DNA of 64,000 bases from Camelus ferus. Its lineage: Eukaryota. Every line of letters begins with the position of its first letter. The stretch's first letter is position 1. The notes under the pieces are model-generated. The model searched no databases and was not told the origin of the DNA. It saw only the letters and a program-made list of their open reading frames with translations. Positions 26,301 through 39,335 of the stretch are shown in pieces. The position numbers and the translations under genes are program-made. The stretch spans positions 76,200,001-76,264,000 of the forward strand of contig NC_045696.1 in NCBI RefSeq assembly GCF_009834535.1, written 5' to 3'.

Positions 26301-29300
26301 TACCACAGCCCCTTTCATTCCTCTGTCCTTCTCCTCCTTCCCAGGATTTGTTTTTTGTGTTTTGTTTGTTTATTTTGCCACACCCTGAGCACTTTTAGAT
26401 CCCTGTCTGTGGATCATGTCCCAGGATGTATATGTTGAGAACAATAGTGCTTATTTACAACAAATAGATTGATGAAGCCAACAGAGAACATCAGAGATGT
26501 CCAAGGACAAACCACGCCAACAGGAAGCAGCACAGAAGAGGGTTCTGAAATAAGCAGCTGACTTGGAATCAGGAACTTGGCCCTTTAGACCTGACTCTTC
26601 CACTTAGCAGCTCTGTGGCCTTGAGCGAGTCAAGGATGCTTTCTCCATGTGTCTCCCCTCATCTCTACAGAGTGGGCTGCATTATTTAACCTCTCGATTG
26701 TCTCCTCATACTAATATTCTATTTTTAAAAGGCAAATTCTATTAAATATGCGGTCCTAAGAATTGAAAAAATTCAAGTGCAACATAAATTTAAATCATAA
26801 ACGAGGAAACTTGAGCTAAGAGCTCACTAGCCCCTTCCCCAAAGTACAAATAAGTGCCACCGAATATTGCAGCCAGCCAGGCACGATCTCGTCATCTGCC
26901 CTCAAGCACAGCAACCTCAATTTTGGCCTCTCTGCCTTCCCACCCACTCCCAGGACAACATCTGACCTGAATTACAGGGGAGACTTGGAATTTGCAACCT
27001 TATTACCTAGTAATGTGGCTAACCATTTCCAGAAATATAAATATCAGGCACAGCATGACAGGTCAGGGTTGAGTCAGCTGGGAAAGCAGCACACAATAGC
27101 TGGTAGGGCCGCAGGAAATTCTGATTGAGAAACCTGAAACCTTTTGTCTGCATCTCTCATTTTCTAGGCCACTCCTGGATTCGGACCAGAATCATTTCAG
27201 ACTGGCCTTGAAGCAGCTGTACTCAGTTAAAATGAGTCTGGCCAGCCTGGCAAAGACGACACTCCCCCAAAGAAATTGCCTAATAAAAAGCCCTGGCTCC
27301 TGAAAGCATAGATTTGAAGGTTTAGAAGGAAACTTAGCAATGATTTCGGACAAACCCTATTACATAGATGAGAAAGCGCCTCAAACACCCAGAAATACAC
27401 ATCTCACTAAGACTTGAAATATGAAATACCATTTCATACTAAATCTGGAATCTTCCCTCATCTGTAGTTTGGGTACATTGTTCGTGCTATCTTTGTCACA
27501 TTGCAGAGACTGGAACTCCTGAATCACAGCTAATTTTTCTTCTTATGAAACATTTCCATAGAAAAGCCTCTTCTGAGTCTCATCAAAAACAAACCAGCCC
27601 TGGGAAGTAGACATGATTCTCCTTCAGAAATGAGAAAACTAAGGCCAAAATTACACAGCTAGGAAATGACAGTGGCAGGATGTGAACAGAAGCCTCATGT
27701 TTTCAAATCCCAGATTCTTTCCACCAGCCCACAGCTGCTACCATAGAAGTACATGGCCCAGTAACAGAGCAAAGAACTCAAGGGTCTGTAATATGATTTA
27801 CCAAGATCAACATACATCCAGTACAGACTGTCTGGCCAAACCAGTTGTTTTCTGTCAACATCCAGGCTGATGAGGAAAAACCAGTTGGTTAAATATTATG
27901 AATATCAACCTTGTTATTACTGGCCATCATGGTAGACTCACTCATGGTAAGCAAGGTAAATCAATCCCCACCAACTGGGTTTTTATCTTGCCCTGCCCAA
28001 TGGCAAACATCTGACATTCCAGTTAGAACATTACCCACTATCTGGTAACATGATCTTTAAGTACCTAATCATTACTGACATATGTGGTATGGAAGTAAGG
28101 ATCTGAAAGCTGGGCTTTTAACAGGAAGAAGAGAGAACACAGGGTCCCTGGGAACCAAAGGTGGAAAAAGAGAAAAGAACTGACAGAGCAAAGAGGAGAG
28201 AAAAGAAAAACTCAGAGCAGGAAGGCAGGGCTCCCAGGCTAGACAGTAACATTTGCTGGCTTCTTTTTAGATGTCAGTCTCAGTGGCTGGTGCTTTCTCT
28301 CACTATCTAATGTCTGTCCTCATGACAATCCTACGATATGGACACTTACCGCATATTACAGATGAGTAAGCTCAGTCTCAAAAGTCATTCTATTTCACAA
28401 TTGTGTCTCAGGCCAATCTTCCAACTTTAACTTCCTAAGTTATTTTATCAAGCATTTATTAATCCCACACAACAGCCCTGTGTAATGTTCAAGGTAAATT
28501 TAGAATGTCTTGCCTTCTAGATGGAAATGGAGACAGTGAGACGACATGACATAGCCAAGTCTGAGAAAGGAGGACCAGCTGGCATTCTGAAAACCATACC
28601 TCATCTCACTAGTATTTTAAGTTTTTCTGAAGCCACACTGAAGTATAACTGCACAATAAAGTGCTGTGCTGTCATTAGAAATGATACTGTGTGAGTTTTT
28701 GTTGACATTGAAACTTTTCATGATACAGGATGAAGAGTACATTTCTATTGCAGTTGATGACAATGAGGAACACATCACACGAGTGTGTGTGAGAGAGAGA
28801 CAGAGAGAGAGAGAGAGGAGGGAAAGAAAATCAGCAGGAGGAGGAGTTGGTGAAGAAAAGGAAAAGTGGTACTATTAACCTAACAATACGTTGGGCAGGA
28901 AAATGAGTAGTGATTTTTTATTTATTTATTTTTCTTCATTTCTTCACATTTAACAGTGGGAAATGTATTACATGTATAATTTTTAAAATGTTAAGTTGGG
29001 GGGAAAAAGGGTGTTAGCTAGATTCTCACTGAGGAGAGAGATAGATGCAAGAGGTATTTTAATGATACAAAAGAGTCTTAGCGGTTAAAGAGAAAATGTT
29101 ACAAAAATAGCACTTTCAAATAGAAGACACAGCTCTTCTCTGGGACGGATGAGCTAGGGAGAGTTCTGGTTAGGCACTGTCATTCAAAGGCAGAGAAACA
29201 AATTTGTGGTTACTCCAGAAGAGGAAAAGATAACAACAACAGCAAAAACTTGAAACTTTTCCAAAGCATATACTTTTTATTATGCTATTAATTTTTAAAG

Positions 29301-30267
29301 AATGTCTTAGTAAGTTTAGAAGTAACTTCATATGTGAATATTAGTTACAGATTTTCTGAATACATCTCACTTAATAGAGATTCATTAAGTACCTGCTATT
29401 TACCTAGAACTCTACTATGTCCTAATCTAATCACTCCTAAGGCATTTTCCACACGACTATTCAGTCTACACGAGGGGTAAGAGGGTACTTGGCATTCAGC
29501 TCTTAAGAAGCACCACCACACTCTAGAAAAAGAGCCCTCCAGTGACAGGGAAGACCAGTCTTTACTCCTTAAACTACTGAGAAAAATAACCCATCAGCTG
29601 CAATGTGCAACGCAAAACGCAAATTAAAAACAAAAACAAATAAATAAGATAAAACAAAAACACTAATGAAGAGCTATCATATGTGCTTAGTTTCTTTACT
29701 TCCTACTGGTTTGCACCAATAGAGGGAGAATGGATGACTGAATTCAGAGTATTTTATTAAATTAAAATTCCTTGGAACCCCAAAAAAGCATTCTCTTGAT
29801 TATGGTGTACATTACCATAAAAGATAAAGTCTAGGGGCCAGTTTCTGGTCCACAGCTGATTTAGAATCCAGAGGATTCTAAGAAAATGAAAGTTATCACT
29901 GAATGCCTTCATTTCCCCATGGTCACATAATTCTAATGAGTTCAATTTGGGGCTCCATCTATATTTTTTTCAGCATTGTACACCTGAGAGTTTTGCCACA
30001 AAATTATTTACAGTGGGGAGCCTCAAAATTACTTAGCTGTTCAAAACGTGAGTGGCTGTTTAAATGCACTCTTGATAAGAATACCTTTCAGCATGGAAAA
30101 AATGCCATGAGCTTAGCAGGTATTTGATAAAAGTGTTAGAGGAAAGTGTTGATTTGGTAAGACCTACACCAATTATTGATTCGGGGTCATGCCAAGATCT
30201 CAGGCATTGAAAGAAAGAGAAATTAGAAATATATTTCTTAGATACATAGTAAACTGTTAACAATATT

Positions 30268-30780
30268 TGTCATGTCAGGAGCCTAATTTAAAGTAACTTG
30301 ATGAATGAGGAAATTATCAGCACACAAACTATAAGGAAAAGTGGGAAAAAGAAAAACATAGAAAGGTCAGGGATATCACTGGTTCTCAGGAACAGACGGA
30401 ACCAGAACCGGAACCTCAAACAATGCCAGTATCCTCTGTAGCTCTCGTTTCTGCTTCTCCTGCTGTTGACGTCATTCTCACTGCACACTGACTCCCTCCC
30501 TGTGTAAGGAAACAGGGATATCACCAGTTGAAAACCCCACATCCTACAGCTTCTACCTCTATGAAAGGGTTAATTCATCCCAGTGTTAGTAAGAAAAACC
30601 CCAGGGAGTGACCTAACTAGACTCAAGTGCCCACCCATCAGTCATGTCTAGAGGAGCAGGTATTCCTCCTGCATCTCCATGATTAGAGTGAAGAAAGGAA
30701 CAGTAACCTAAAGAATGGATGTGCTTCTTCCAGAAGGAAAGAGGCAGGGGGTGCAGCACAAAGGAGCAGGTGCTCACAAC
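30268..30780 (-). mobile_element. Old MaLR LTR (MLT1K/L-like)
   Basis: Layout resembles a reverse MLT1 LTR; highly diverged, boundaries approximate. Confidence 0.4.
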
Positions 30781-30932
30781 AGTTAAAAACTAAAACAGTG
30801 ATGGTTCACACAAACAGGTCATTTTTTAATAGGTATCTTTATTATTATTACTAGAATAGTGAAACAGCAAAGTGAATTTAAGCCTGCCACAGGTTGTAAA
30901 CAGAACTATAACCTACTTCATAGCTTTTTGTT

Positions 30933-32175
30933 AAAAAAAAAAAAAAACTAAGGTGTAGTCGAAATGCAGTGAACTATACATATTTAAAATGTACAATGTG
31001 AAACATTTTGACACATAGGTACAACCATGGAACCTTCACCATAACCAAGAAAAAGAACCCATCCATCACCTCCAAAAGTTTCCTCCTGCCCCTTCTAGTC
31101 CTCCCTTACTCCTCTTCAAATCCCCTCACATTCAGTGCTACCAATAATCTCCTTCACTTTAGATTTGCAGTTCCTAGAATTTTGTATAAGTGGAGTCACA
31201 CAGTATGTACTCTTTCCTGTCTGACTTACTTCATTTAGCATTATTATTTTGAGATTTACCCATACTGTGCCCCATGTATCAACAGTTTGTTTCTTTTCAT
31301 TGCTGAGTAGGATTCCACAGTGTAGAGGCTGATTGTGCCACATCCCGCCCCACCCCCAAATCATATGTTGAAGCTCTAACCTCCAGGACTTCAGAATATG
31401 ACTGCCTTTGGAGATAACTACCTCTTTAAAGGTCCTAAGTTAAAATGGGGTTGTTAGGTTGGTTCCTAAGCCAATATGGTTGGTCCTCTTATAAGAAGAG
31501 ATTAGGATATACAGATGGATGTGACACATAGAGGAAAGACCATGTTAGGACAAGGCAAGAAGGCATCTGTAAGCCAAAGAGAGAAATCAAACCTGCCAAC
31601 ACCTGTTCTTGGACTTCTGCTTCCAGAACTGTCAGAAAATACATTTCTGTTGTTTAAGCCGCCCAGCCTGTGGTGTTCTGTTATCGTAGCCCTAGCAAAC
31701 TCATACATACAGGTTTATTGTGATTTGTTCGTTATCCTGCTGATGGGCACTTGGGTTGTTTCTAGTTTGCAGTTATTACAAATCAAGCTACTACGAAAAT
31801 TCATGCACAAATCTTTGTAGAGATACAAGCTATTATTTCTCTTGGGTAAATACCTAGGTATTTAGGCCTGGTAATACTGTGTTATAACAAACCATCAGTT
31901 TTCAAAAGTGGTTTAGTATTTTATATTCAGTATTTTATACTATTTTATATATGTGAGATCCAGTTGCTCCATATCCTTACAAAAACAGTATACACAATCC
32001 TTTTAAATGTAGACATCCTAATAGGTATATGGTAGCACCTTGTTGTGGTTTTACTTTGAATTTCCCTAATAACTAATGCACTGGAACATCTTTCACATGG
32101 TTAGTTACCATCCCTGTATCTTCTTTGATGAAATGTCTGTTAAGTTCTCATTTTTTTAATTGACATGGTGATCTT
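30933..32175 (-). mobile_element. Old LINE-1 (L1MC/MD-like) 3' region, interrupted by MLT1
   Basis: TGGAGTCACACAGTATGTACTCTT..TTCATTTAGCATTATTATTTTGAGATTTACCCAT; TGATGGGCACTTGGGTTGTTTCTAGTTT; CTTGGGTAAATACCTAGG. Confidence 0.8.
31321..31707 (+). mobile_element. MLT1A/B-type MaLR solo LTR
   Basis: TG...CA; CATATGTTGAAGCTCTAACC, CTTATAAGAAGAG, TTGGACTTCTGCTTCCAGAACTGT, CTAGCAAACTCATACA; 5-bp TSD CACAG / TACAG. Confidence 0.88.
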
Positions 32176-32189
32176 TTTTACTGAATGCC

Positions 32190-32913
32190 CAACATAAATT
32201 TTACCTTTTTAGAATTGGTTATTTTTGTTTTCCTACAAGTATTTTTGAGCTGTGTTCTGGGATGCCAGTAAGTTACATGTTAAAAGTTTAATCCTTTCGG
32301 ACCTTGCTTTAAACTCCATGAGGTAGGACTAGAGTAGTATTCCAGGGCTATTTTGCCCTACTCTTAAGGCAAAGCCTTTCTGAGTAGTCCACCTAGGGTC
32401 CCAGGTATTACAAGATTTTCTACTCTGTTTGGTGGGAATAGAAACTGACCCCAGCCCAGCCTACACTACCTCCAAGGATTGTTTCTTCTAATTCTTTTGA
32501 ATGGTTTTTCCCTCAGACTCACATAATTCCTTCACACACGTGTGTGGATCAGTACTTGAGGGGGACTCTGCTTCTCTCCAAAGTTCTGTCCAATCTAGTT
32601 CTCGCTCATGCAGGCAAGCCACCTTGGCCTCTCAGGTGCCCAGCCTGTCTCCTCAACTCAGACAGGCTGTCAGACACCTCTTGGGTCCTCTCGCTCTCCA
32701 ATAAGACCTGGAAATTCTATCTGTGCAGTAAACTGAGGGCCACCACAGAGCTCACCTCATTTGTTTCCCACATTTCAGGGATTACTGTTCTTTGTAGCTG
32801 ATAATTCACTGTCTTGAAACCCATTTATATATTTGGAGTTTTTTCTTTTTCCAATTGTTTCAGTTCAAAAGGTAAACCAGTCCCTGTTATTCCATTTTTT
32901 CTGGAAGTGGAAA
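32190..32913 (-). mobile_element. Old LINE-1 5' UTR (L1MD/L1M-like)
   Basis: Minus strand starts TTCCACTTCCAGAAAAAATGGAATAACAGGGACTGG, resembling the old L1M 5' terminus (..CTTCC..AAGATGGAGTAACAGGGACC). Confidence 0.55.
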
Positions 32914-33035
32914 TATAGTTTTTTTTTTCAGTATAGTATATATAATTATATATTTAAGGTTATTTGTAATTAGAAGACTTTTTATCTGCCTAGAATCTAA
33001 GGTCTCTGTCATATGAAATGTCTCTATTGATTACA

Positions 33036-33506
33036 CAGGCATTGGCAAACTTTTCTATAAAGAGCTAGACAGTAAATATTTTAGACTTTCTGGGCCATGT
33101 ATGGTCTCTTACATAGTCTTTTGTTTTCTTAAATAACCCTTGAAAATGTAAGGACTCAAAGACATAGAAAACAAACTTATGGTTACCAAAGGGGAGTGGG
33201 AGGGAAGGATGGACAAACTAGGGATATGGGATTAATAGATACAAACTACTATACATAAAATAGATAAGCAGCAAGGATTTACTATATAGCACAGGAACTA
33301 TATTCAATATCTTGTAATAATCTATAATGGAAAAGAGTCTGAAAAAAAATACTGGATCACTGTGCTACATACCTAACACTAACACAATATTGTAAATCAA
33401 CTATACTTCAATTTTTTTACTGTAAAAAAAAATTAAAACTATTCTCATGAGCTTTTCAACAATAAGCCAAGAGCTAGATCTGACCTGTGGGCTATAGTTT
33501 GTTGGG
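33036..33506 (+). mobile_element. MER58-like hAT element split by an L1 fragment
   Basis: CAGGCATTGGCAAACTTTTCTATAAAGAGCTAGACAGTAAATATTTTAGACTTT start; end GATCTGACCTGTGGGCTATAGTTTG. Confidence 0.8.
33152..33415 (+). mobile_element. LINE-1 3' UTR fragment
   Basis: GACTCAAAGACATAGAAAACAAACTTATGGTTACCAAAGGGGA..GTAAATCAACTATACTTCAAT, the same type as 3880-4150. Confidence 0.88.
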
Positions 33507-34250
33507 AAGCATAAGTAATTTTAAACACGGTAAATATATTTAATGTGAGTTTGCTTAAGTAATGTAACTAAGTGGTTTGACACTTCACCTGCTAACCTAG
33601 ACTTATCCTCTCAGAAATTTACTTTATCTGCACAGAAGAAAATCACCAACCTTGACACACCAACACCACAGAAAATCACTCCCCTTCCCCACCAGCCTTG
33701 CTTTTAAAAACAATGCCAAGTCCCTGATTAAGTCAGTAATCAGTCCCTTGTAAAGGGAAACACACTAAAAAAGAACATGCATCTCTGGAAGAAAATGTGG
33801 ACTTTTGCATCAATATCCTATAGTACGCACAGCCAAAAAATTGGTGTTTTAAAAATCAGGCATATAATTTGTTGTCTGCTATACAATTGGCTATTTTTAT
33901 ATTTGTAGAGACAAATATAAACTGGCAAGTCAACTGCTTATCATTAAACTGATATATTTTGAATGAGATTAACCAGTTTAAATAAAAACAGAATCTTACT
34001 TGGCAAAAACCTTTAAAGGTTATCTAATTCAAGCATTCAGCTTATGTTAGAGTGCTATTTTCACCAACAGCCATGGAGCCTACAGTCATTCACTTCCAGT
34101 AATGGGTGATCTAGTCCATTTTTTTGATAGTTCTGTTAGGAAGATTTCCTAAGTAGAACCAAAATCTATCTCCCTGTGTCATCTAAGCATTGGTTCTATT
34201 TCTACCCTGTATGGACTTTTGAAAAAATCTAGTCTCTCTCTCTCTCTCTC

Positions 34251-34368
34251 TTTTTTTTTGGGGGGGGGGGGGCGGGAGTGGTGGTGATAATTAGATTTAT
34301 TTATTTATTTTTAATTTTTTTTAATGTGGGTACTGGGGATTGAACCCTGAACCCAGGACCTCGTGCAC
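34251..34368 (-). mobile_element. 5'-truncated tRNA-Ala-derived SINE (camelid vic-1-like, long-tail form)
   Basis: Minus strand GTGCACGAGGTCCTGGGTTCAGGGTTCAATCCCCAGTACC (7-bp internal duplication), then AATAAATAAATCTAATTATCACC and C-rich and A-rich tails. Confidence 0.8.
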
Positions 34369-34734
34369 TTCCTTTTCTTTTTATTGTAATAGTTCCTCTT
34401 AAGGTCATTAACTGAGCCTCCAATGGCACTGTGTTAAGTCTTTTATAATCCAAGGTTTAGCCATAGCCCCTACTATGGGATGGGTAAAGTAATTCCAAAC
34501 TGGTTCCCCCACTTGTTAATAGATGCACCCTTAAAAAACAATCTCTTTGATCAAATATGTTCTATATGCAACTCTGAGCTAAAAAAAAAAAAAAGTTAAT
34601 TAGACTTCTTTGTCACAGGAATTTTCAGCCTTTAATATGCTGGTAGGCATTATGAACCTCCAAGAGGAAATAAAGTATTTCCCCAAACATACAACTACAC
34701 AACTTCTTTATAAACAATAATATTTAGAAAGCAC

Positions 34735-34960
34735 ATCGACGTTCAAGTTGGAGTGTCCTGAGTCCCATACTCAACTTTTCCACTTCCTATGTGAGCTTGG
34801 GGAAATTCCTCAACCTCTCAGAGACTCATGTTTTCTCTTACGTGAAACTGAGATAATAATGCCTGTCTCCACGGCAATTGGAGAACTAGAGGTACAGTCG
34901 GTAACACAGTTTACACGGTGTCTAACCCATAGTTAGTGCTCAATAAATAGTAGTAATTAT
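34735..34960 (+). mobile_element. MIR SINE
   Basis: CACTTCCTATGTGAGCTTGGGGAAATTCCTCAACCTCTC..GAGATAATAATGCCTG..TAGTTAGTGCTCAATAAAT. Confidence 0.75.
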
Positions 34961-35916
34961 TATACTCTCATGTGGTCCAATCAATTTCTAGCTCTTTCCA
35001 AATTAATCATATCAAATACAACTACTTCCAAATGTGTAAGATAAAGGAAATTCCTCTGTGTGTGTGAAGGGGGTGAAATCTAGGCAGCCTCTGAGGACTA
35101 TGTATGTTGGATCAGTACCAGAGTCACATAGGTTGCCTCTGCAGTTGCAGTATCAACCCACTCCTTGGAAACAAGAAGCAAAGGGAAGAGTTGTCAGGCT
35201 TAACAAGCACAAATATGTACTTCCCAAACTCTCTGAAAATTATTGCAACTTTAAGATGGGTTCTGTTGTTCTTGAGGCATTCTTGGGGAGAGTAAAAATT
35301 AGAGTTAGCAGCATGAAAACCTAGTGGATCAACCTTAGCAACAAATAATAGCTACCTTATTGGTTATTTTAGTGATTAAAATGCTATGTGTAAAATGCTT
35401 AAAACTGAAGAAATCAACTATTTTCATGATCATTATTATCACCATCAGAGAAGATGAGAGAGTTGTGGAAGTAAGCAGAGAGGTAGACTTTTGATCCCAG
35501 TGTGGTAAAGCAGAATCACCCAGAGCAGGAAAAGTTCTGGCTGAGGGTCAGTTCCAGTGCCAGCCTGGCCCTCTTTCTAGCTGTGTGACTTTGAACAAGC
35601 AATTTTTGTTGTCTTAGAGGTCCTCAGTTTCCTCACTTGTGAAACAATTTCCATGAGTCTTTCCAGCTCTAAACTCTGACTCCAGAATCACATGTGCTGA
35701 ATGTGATGGTGGTGATTGGCATGTTTGGGATCAGGGAAGGAAATATAGATAAGGGAGAAGGAGGAGAACCAAGCCTGGCTCACAGTGTGTGGCTCTTGAG
35801 CCAGGAGCTCCAAATGGGAGGGAGAAGTTTCTGGGAAAGACCAGCCCAAGGGGAAACCCCAACATGAAATGTCCTCCCTGGGCACTGCTCTGGATCATGA
35901 TGTGCATGTTGGCAGC

Positions 35917-35962
35917 TGTGTGAGTGAGTGAGTGAGTGAGTGTGTGTGTGTGTGTGTGTGTG
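35917..35962. repeat. Compound (TGAG)5(TG)11 microsatellite
   Basis: Read directly. Confidence 0.9.
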
Positions 35963-36053
35963 TTTCTGGTCTTAGTCAGGGCAGTAGGGTTCAGTGTTAG
36001 GCAAGACAGTGAAGAATAAGCACATACTTTGCAGTAACAGAACCTAGCCCCTG

Positions 36054-36241
36054 TAGGGTTGCCTAATACAGTGCAGGACATCCAGTAAAATTTGAATTTC
36101 AGATAAACAATGAATTTTTAGTATAAGTATATCCCAAATATTGCAAAGGATATACTTATACTAAGTATTTTTTATTGTTTATTTGAAATTTAAATCTAAA
36201 TGGCCACCATGTCACTTTATTTGCTAAATCCAGCAATTCTG
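36054..36241. mobile_element. MER53 palindromic hAT MITE
   Basis: TAGGGTTGCC...CAGCAATTCTG termini; long internal inverted repeat TTTGAATTTCAGATAAACAAT..TAGTATAAGTATATCC / GGATATACTTATACTAA..ATTGTTTATTTGAAATTTAAAT. Confidence 0.9.
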
Positions 36242-39200
36242 AGTCCCACAGTTAGCCATGCATAAACAAGCACTGTGTACGCAGCTGTTGTAAACCATGG
36301 ACAGAGAGATGAATCTCACCACTTGGAATTTTAGGTAGGATCTTCTATACACTTGACTTTTACCTCTGGAGGCATAAGCTTTATTTGATAACTTGTCTCT
36401 GTACCTGGCATTTGAAGGTACGTGCTTAAGTAGGAAACTCAATTCTTTTCCCTGCTCATGCGGGCAGCATAGTTAGTAACCGAGTAAATATCTCTGGCAT
36501 TCAATTGACATGGATCCCAATCCCAGATCTTTGGTGACTCAGTATGTGGCGTTAACCAAGGTATATACATTTGCAAGCCTCAACCCCCTCACTGTAAAAC
36601 AGGGGCAATAGCATCCACTTCCTAGGGTTTTCCTAATGCGACCATCAAAGTACTTAGAGTACCAGGTAGTGAGCACCCAACAATGGTCACTGAGATGCCT
36701 TTGCATTCATATACATCAATTCACTCACTTTGCCTAAATGATTAATTTGACAGAACAAAATAAATGCATTTATTCTTACCCCCATTCATTCCCAGAAAGG
36801 ATGATGTCAATAAGAAGCATAAAGCCATGTTCAGGATAGAGAACATATCTAGGGCAGGTAATAATGAGGTTAAGGAAGCAAATGCAGTGGCAGATGTAGC
36901 GCTGAGAACTTCCAAATGAGCTACTTATTTCTGCATTTGGAGGAGGTGGATTTCCAAACCAGCTTGCAGGAATAGGAGGGGGAGAAAGGCTAGTATCCAG
37001 TTCACTTATCCTTTGATTCTTTCAGGGAAAATCTACCTTTTACTTCTTGACCTTCATAATAAAAACAGTTTTTTAATTTGGTAAGTGTCACTTTTTTGTC
37101 CACCACTACTTTTCACAACTGTAATATGAATCTCTGTCCATAAACTCAAAATGCAAAACATATAACTTTGTCTTTCCTTACATCTACCTACTTCTGCCCT
37201 GAGCCTCATTCTACTGAATGCTAGAAATTTAAACTTGGCCACTTCAGAGTGTTGTCCCTGTCCCCTCCATTCCCAACTGCTGCATCTAAATTGCATCCAG
37301 GGGTTTTAAAATACACCGAGGGAAGATTGGGGGGATGAAGGAGATGCCTTCAGGTTCTGAGTCTTCAGCTGTACACTGTGGCCCCTCTGAGCCTTTCCTC
37401 ATCCAGCTCCTCTGCAATTCTTGGTCCACTTCAGCTATTTGCCCAGAAGGTTATAAAAGTACAGAGCTTAGCAAAGAAGCGATTTAATGTTAATTGAATA
37501 TTGATAAAGGAGGAGGGGAAAAGTTAATTGAGTTAATTAGTTGCTAAGGTAACTTTTCTCCCAGTTGGAAAGAAATTGTCTCAGGATTAGAGCCAGCCTT
37601 TAGAGAAAGAGATAACACTATCAGCTTTTCTCTTTCAGTCTTAGAAAAAGTCTGAATAATTAAAGCAAGGTGGGGTGCAAAAAAGAGGCTCTATGAATAA
37701 AAGACAGTGCAGAGCTTCCCAGCACAGTGACATCAGTCCCAAGAAAAAGCAACAAGCTCTCATCCAGAAGAGCTAGCTAATTAGTGGGTGAGCACGACAG
37801 CTGAGTACGGAAGCCACTGGCCCATGATCCTAGATGAATTTTGAGCAGCAAGAAAAGGGCAGCAAACATTTTTAATACTCAAATCACAAGGGCCTCCCAG
37901 GCCGAGGGAAAATGCGGAGAAATTTTATAGGCAAGAGAAAGTAGATGTTTTCAAGAGGCAGAAAGAGAAGTAAAGTTATATTAGGTCCAGAGGATGCTTG
38001 TAAGGTTAAAAGAAGTGGTACTTCACTTGCCTTTTCCAAAAGTATTTTAATCTTTATCTCTGATACAAAACAAATAAACAAACAAAAACAGTAATTAGAG
38101 ATCACTAATTTCTCATCCTGTTATTTTAGTGATATATTTCATGGAAAAATTAAAATTTGCTGAGTTGTGTGCCATTTCTGTCCCGTCAGTTAACCGTGTC
38201 TAAAACATTCCACTCACTGGGCCTCTTTACCAATTAGCGGACTCCTCCAAATATTGTCCAGTGGTAGCTCCCAAAAGTATAGCTATTACGGCTAGAAGAG
38301 AATAATTTGCCTTGTGTTTTTAAAACCTGTTTTGGAAGCCTGAGGCGCGAGAGTCCTCCCTTTGGCATGAGAAGCAGAGACCAGACCCCCACCGAATGTA
38401 CTTGTTCAGGGCTGCAAGAAATTTCAGTTACTGAACAAAATGTTAACTGCCTCAAACAGGGATCTGTATATCCAACTGCCTGTCTGATGTCTCTTCTTGG
38501 ATGTCTTAATGTCACTTCAAAGGAAGCTCCTCTCATAATCTTCCCTCCACAAATCGGGTCATCTCCCAGGGTTCCCTCTCTCAGTGGAGTCATTTCCAGC
38601 CTTTCCAGGCCAGGAGCTTCCACGCCTTCCTTAACTAGGTTCTACCCATGTCCAACCAACCCCCAACTTCTATATTGTTCCATCCTCCAAATATTTTTGG
38701 AAATTCTCCCTCTTCTACAAATCTCCAGCTCTACCTCCCCAGTGTAAGCTACATCACCTCTCACCTGCCAGAGCTTCCTATGTGTGACTGAATGTGCCCT
38801 CATCCAGTCTGCATTGCGCCCAACTATTCTCCAAACTCCGCTGGAGTGATGGTTATGATATGCAAATCAGGCATGGCCACCCTCATGGCATCCTTGCCTT
38901 CCCAAACTCCAGTACAGCTTAAACCCTTCAACAGCTTCCTGATTCTCTCAGGATGAGGATACAAATGCCCAGTGTTGAGCTCTACACCCCGCACGGTCTG
39001 GTAATGACCAGCCTCTGGGGCACTGATCATCCTGGTCTCAGTCCTTTGCTTTCTCCACTCCAGGCCCTCTAGTCTTTGGTACTCCCATCCTTCTTTCTCT
39101 CAGGGTATTTCTGCATGTGCTGATTGCTCTGCCCACCCCTCTGCACCTAGCTAGTACTTACTCAGCCCAAGCATACTTTCTGCAGAATCCAGACCAAGTT

Positions 39201-39335
39201 TAATCCTCATTGTGGGAGATACTGGAGCACCCTGTCTCTCTCCCATGTAGTCCTTCACTCTTAAGTTACTTTGTATCTGTTTTTCTGATGACAAGTAAAT
39301 GCCTGTCTGCCCCACTAGAGTAAAACCTTAGACTC

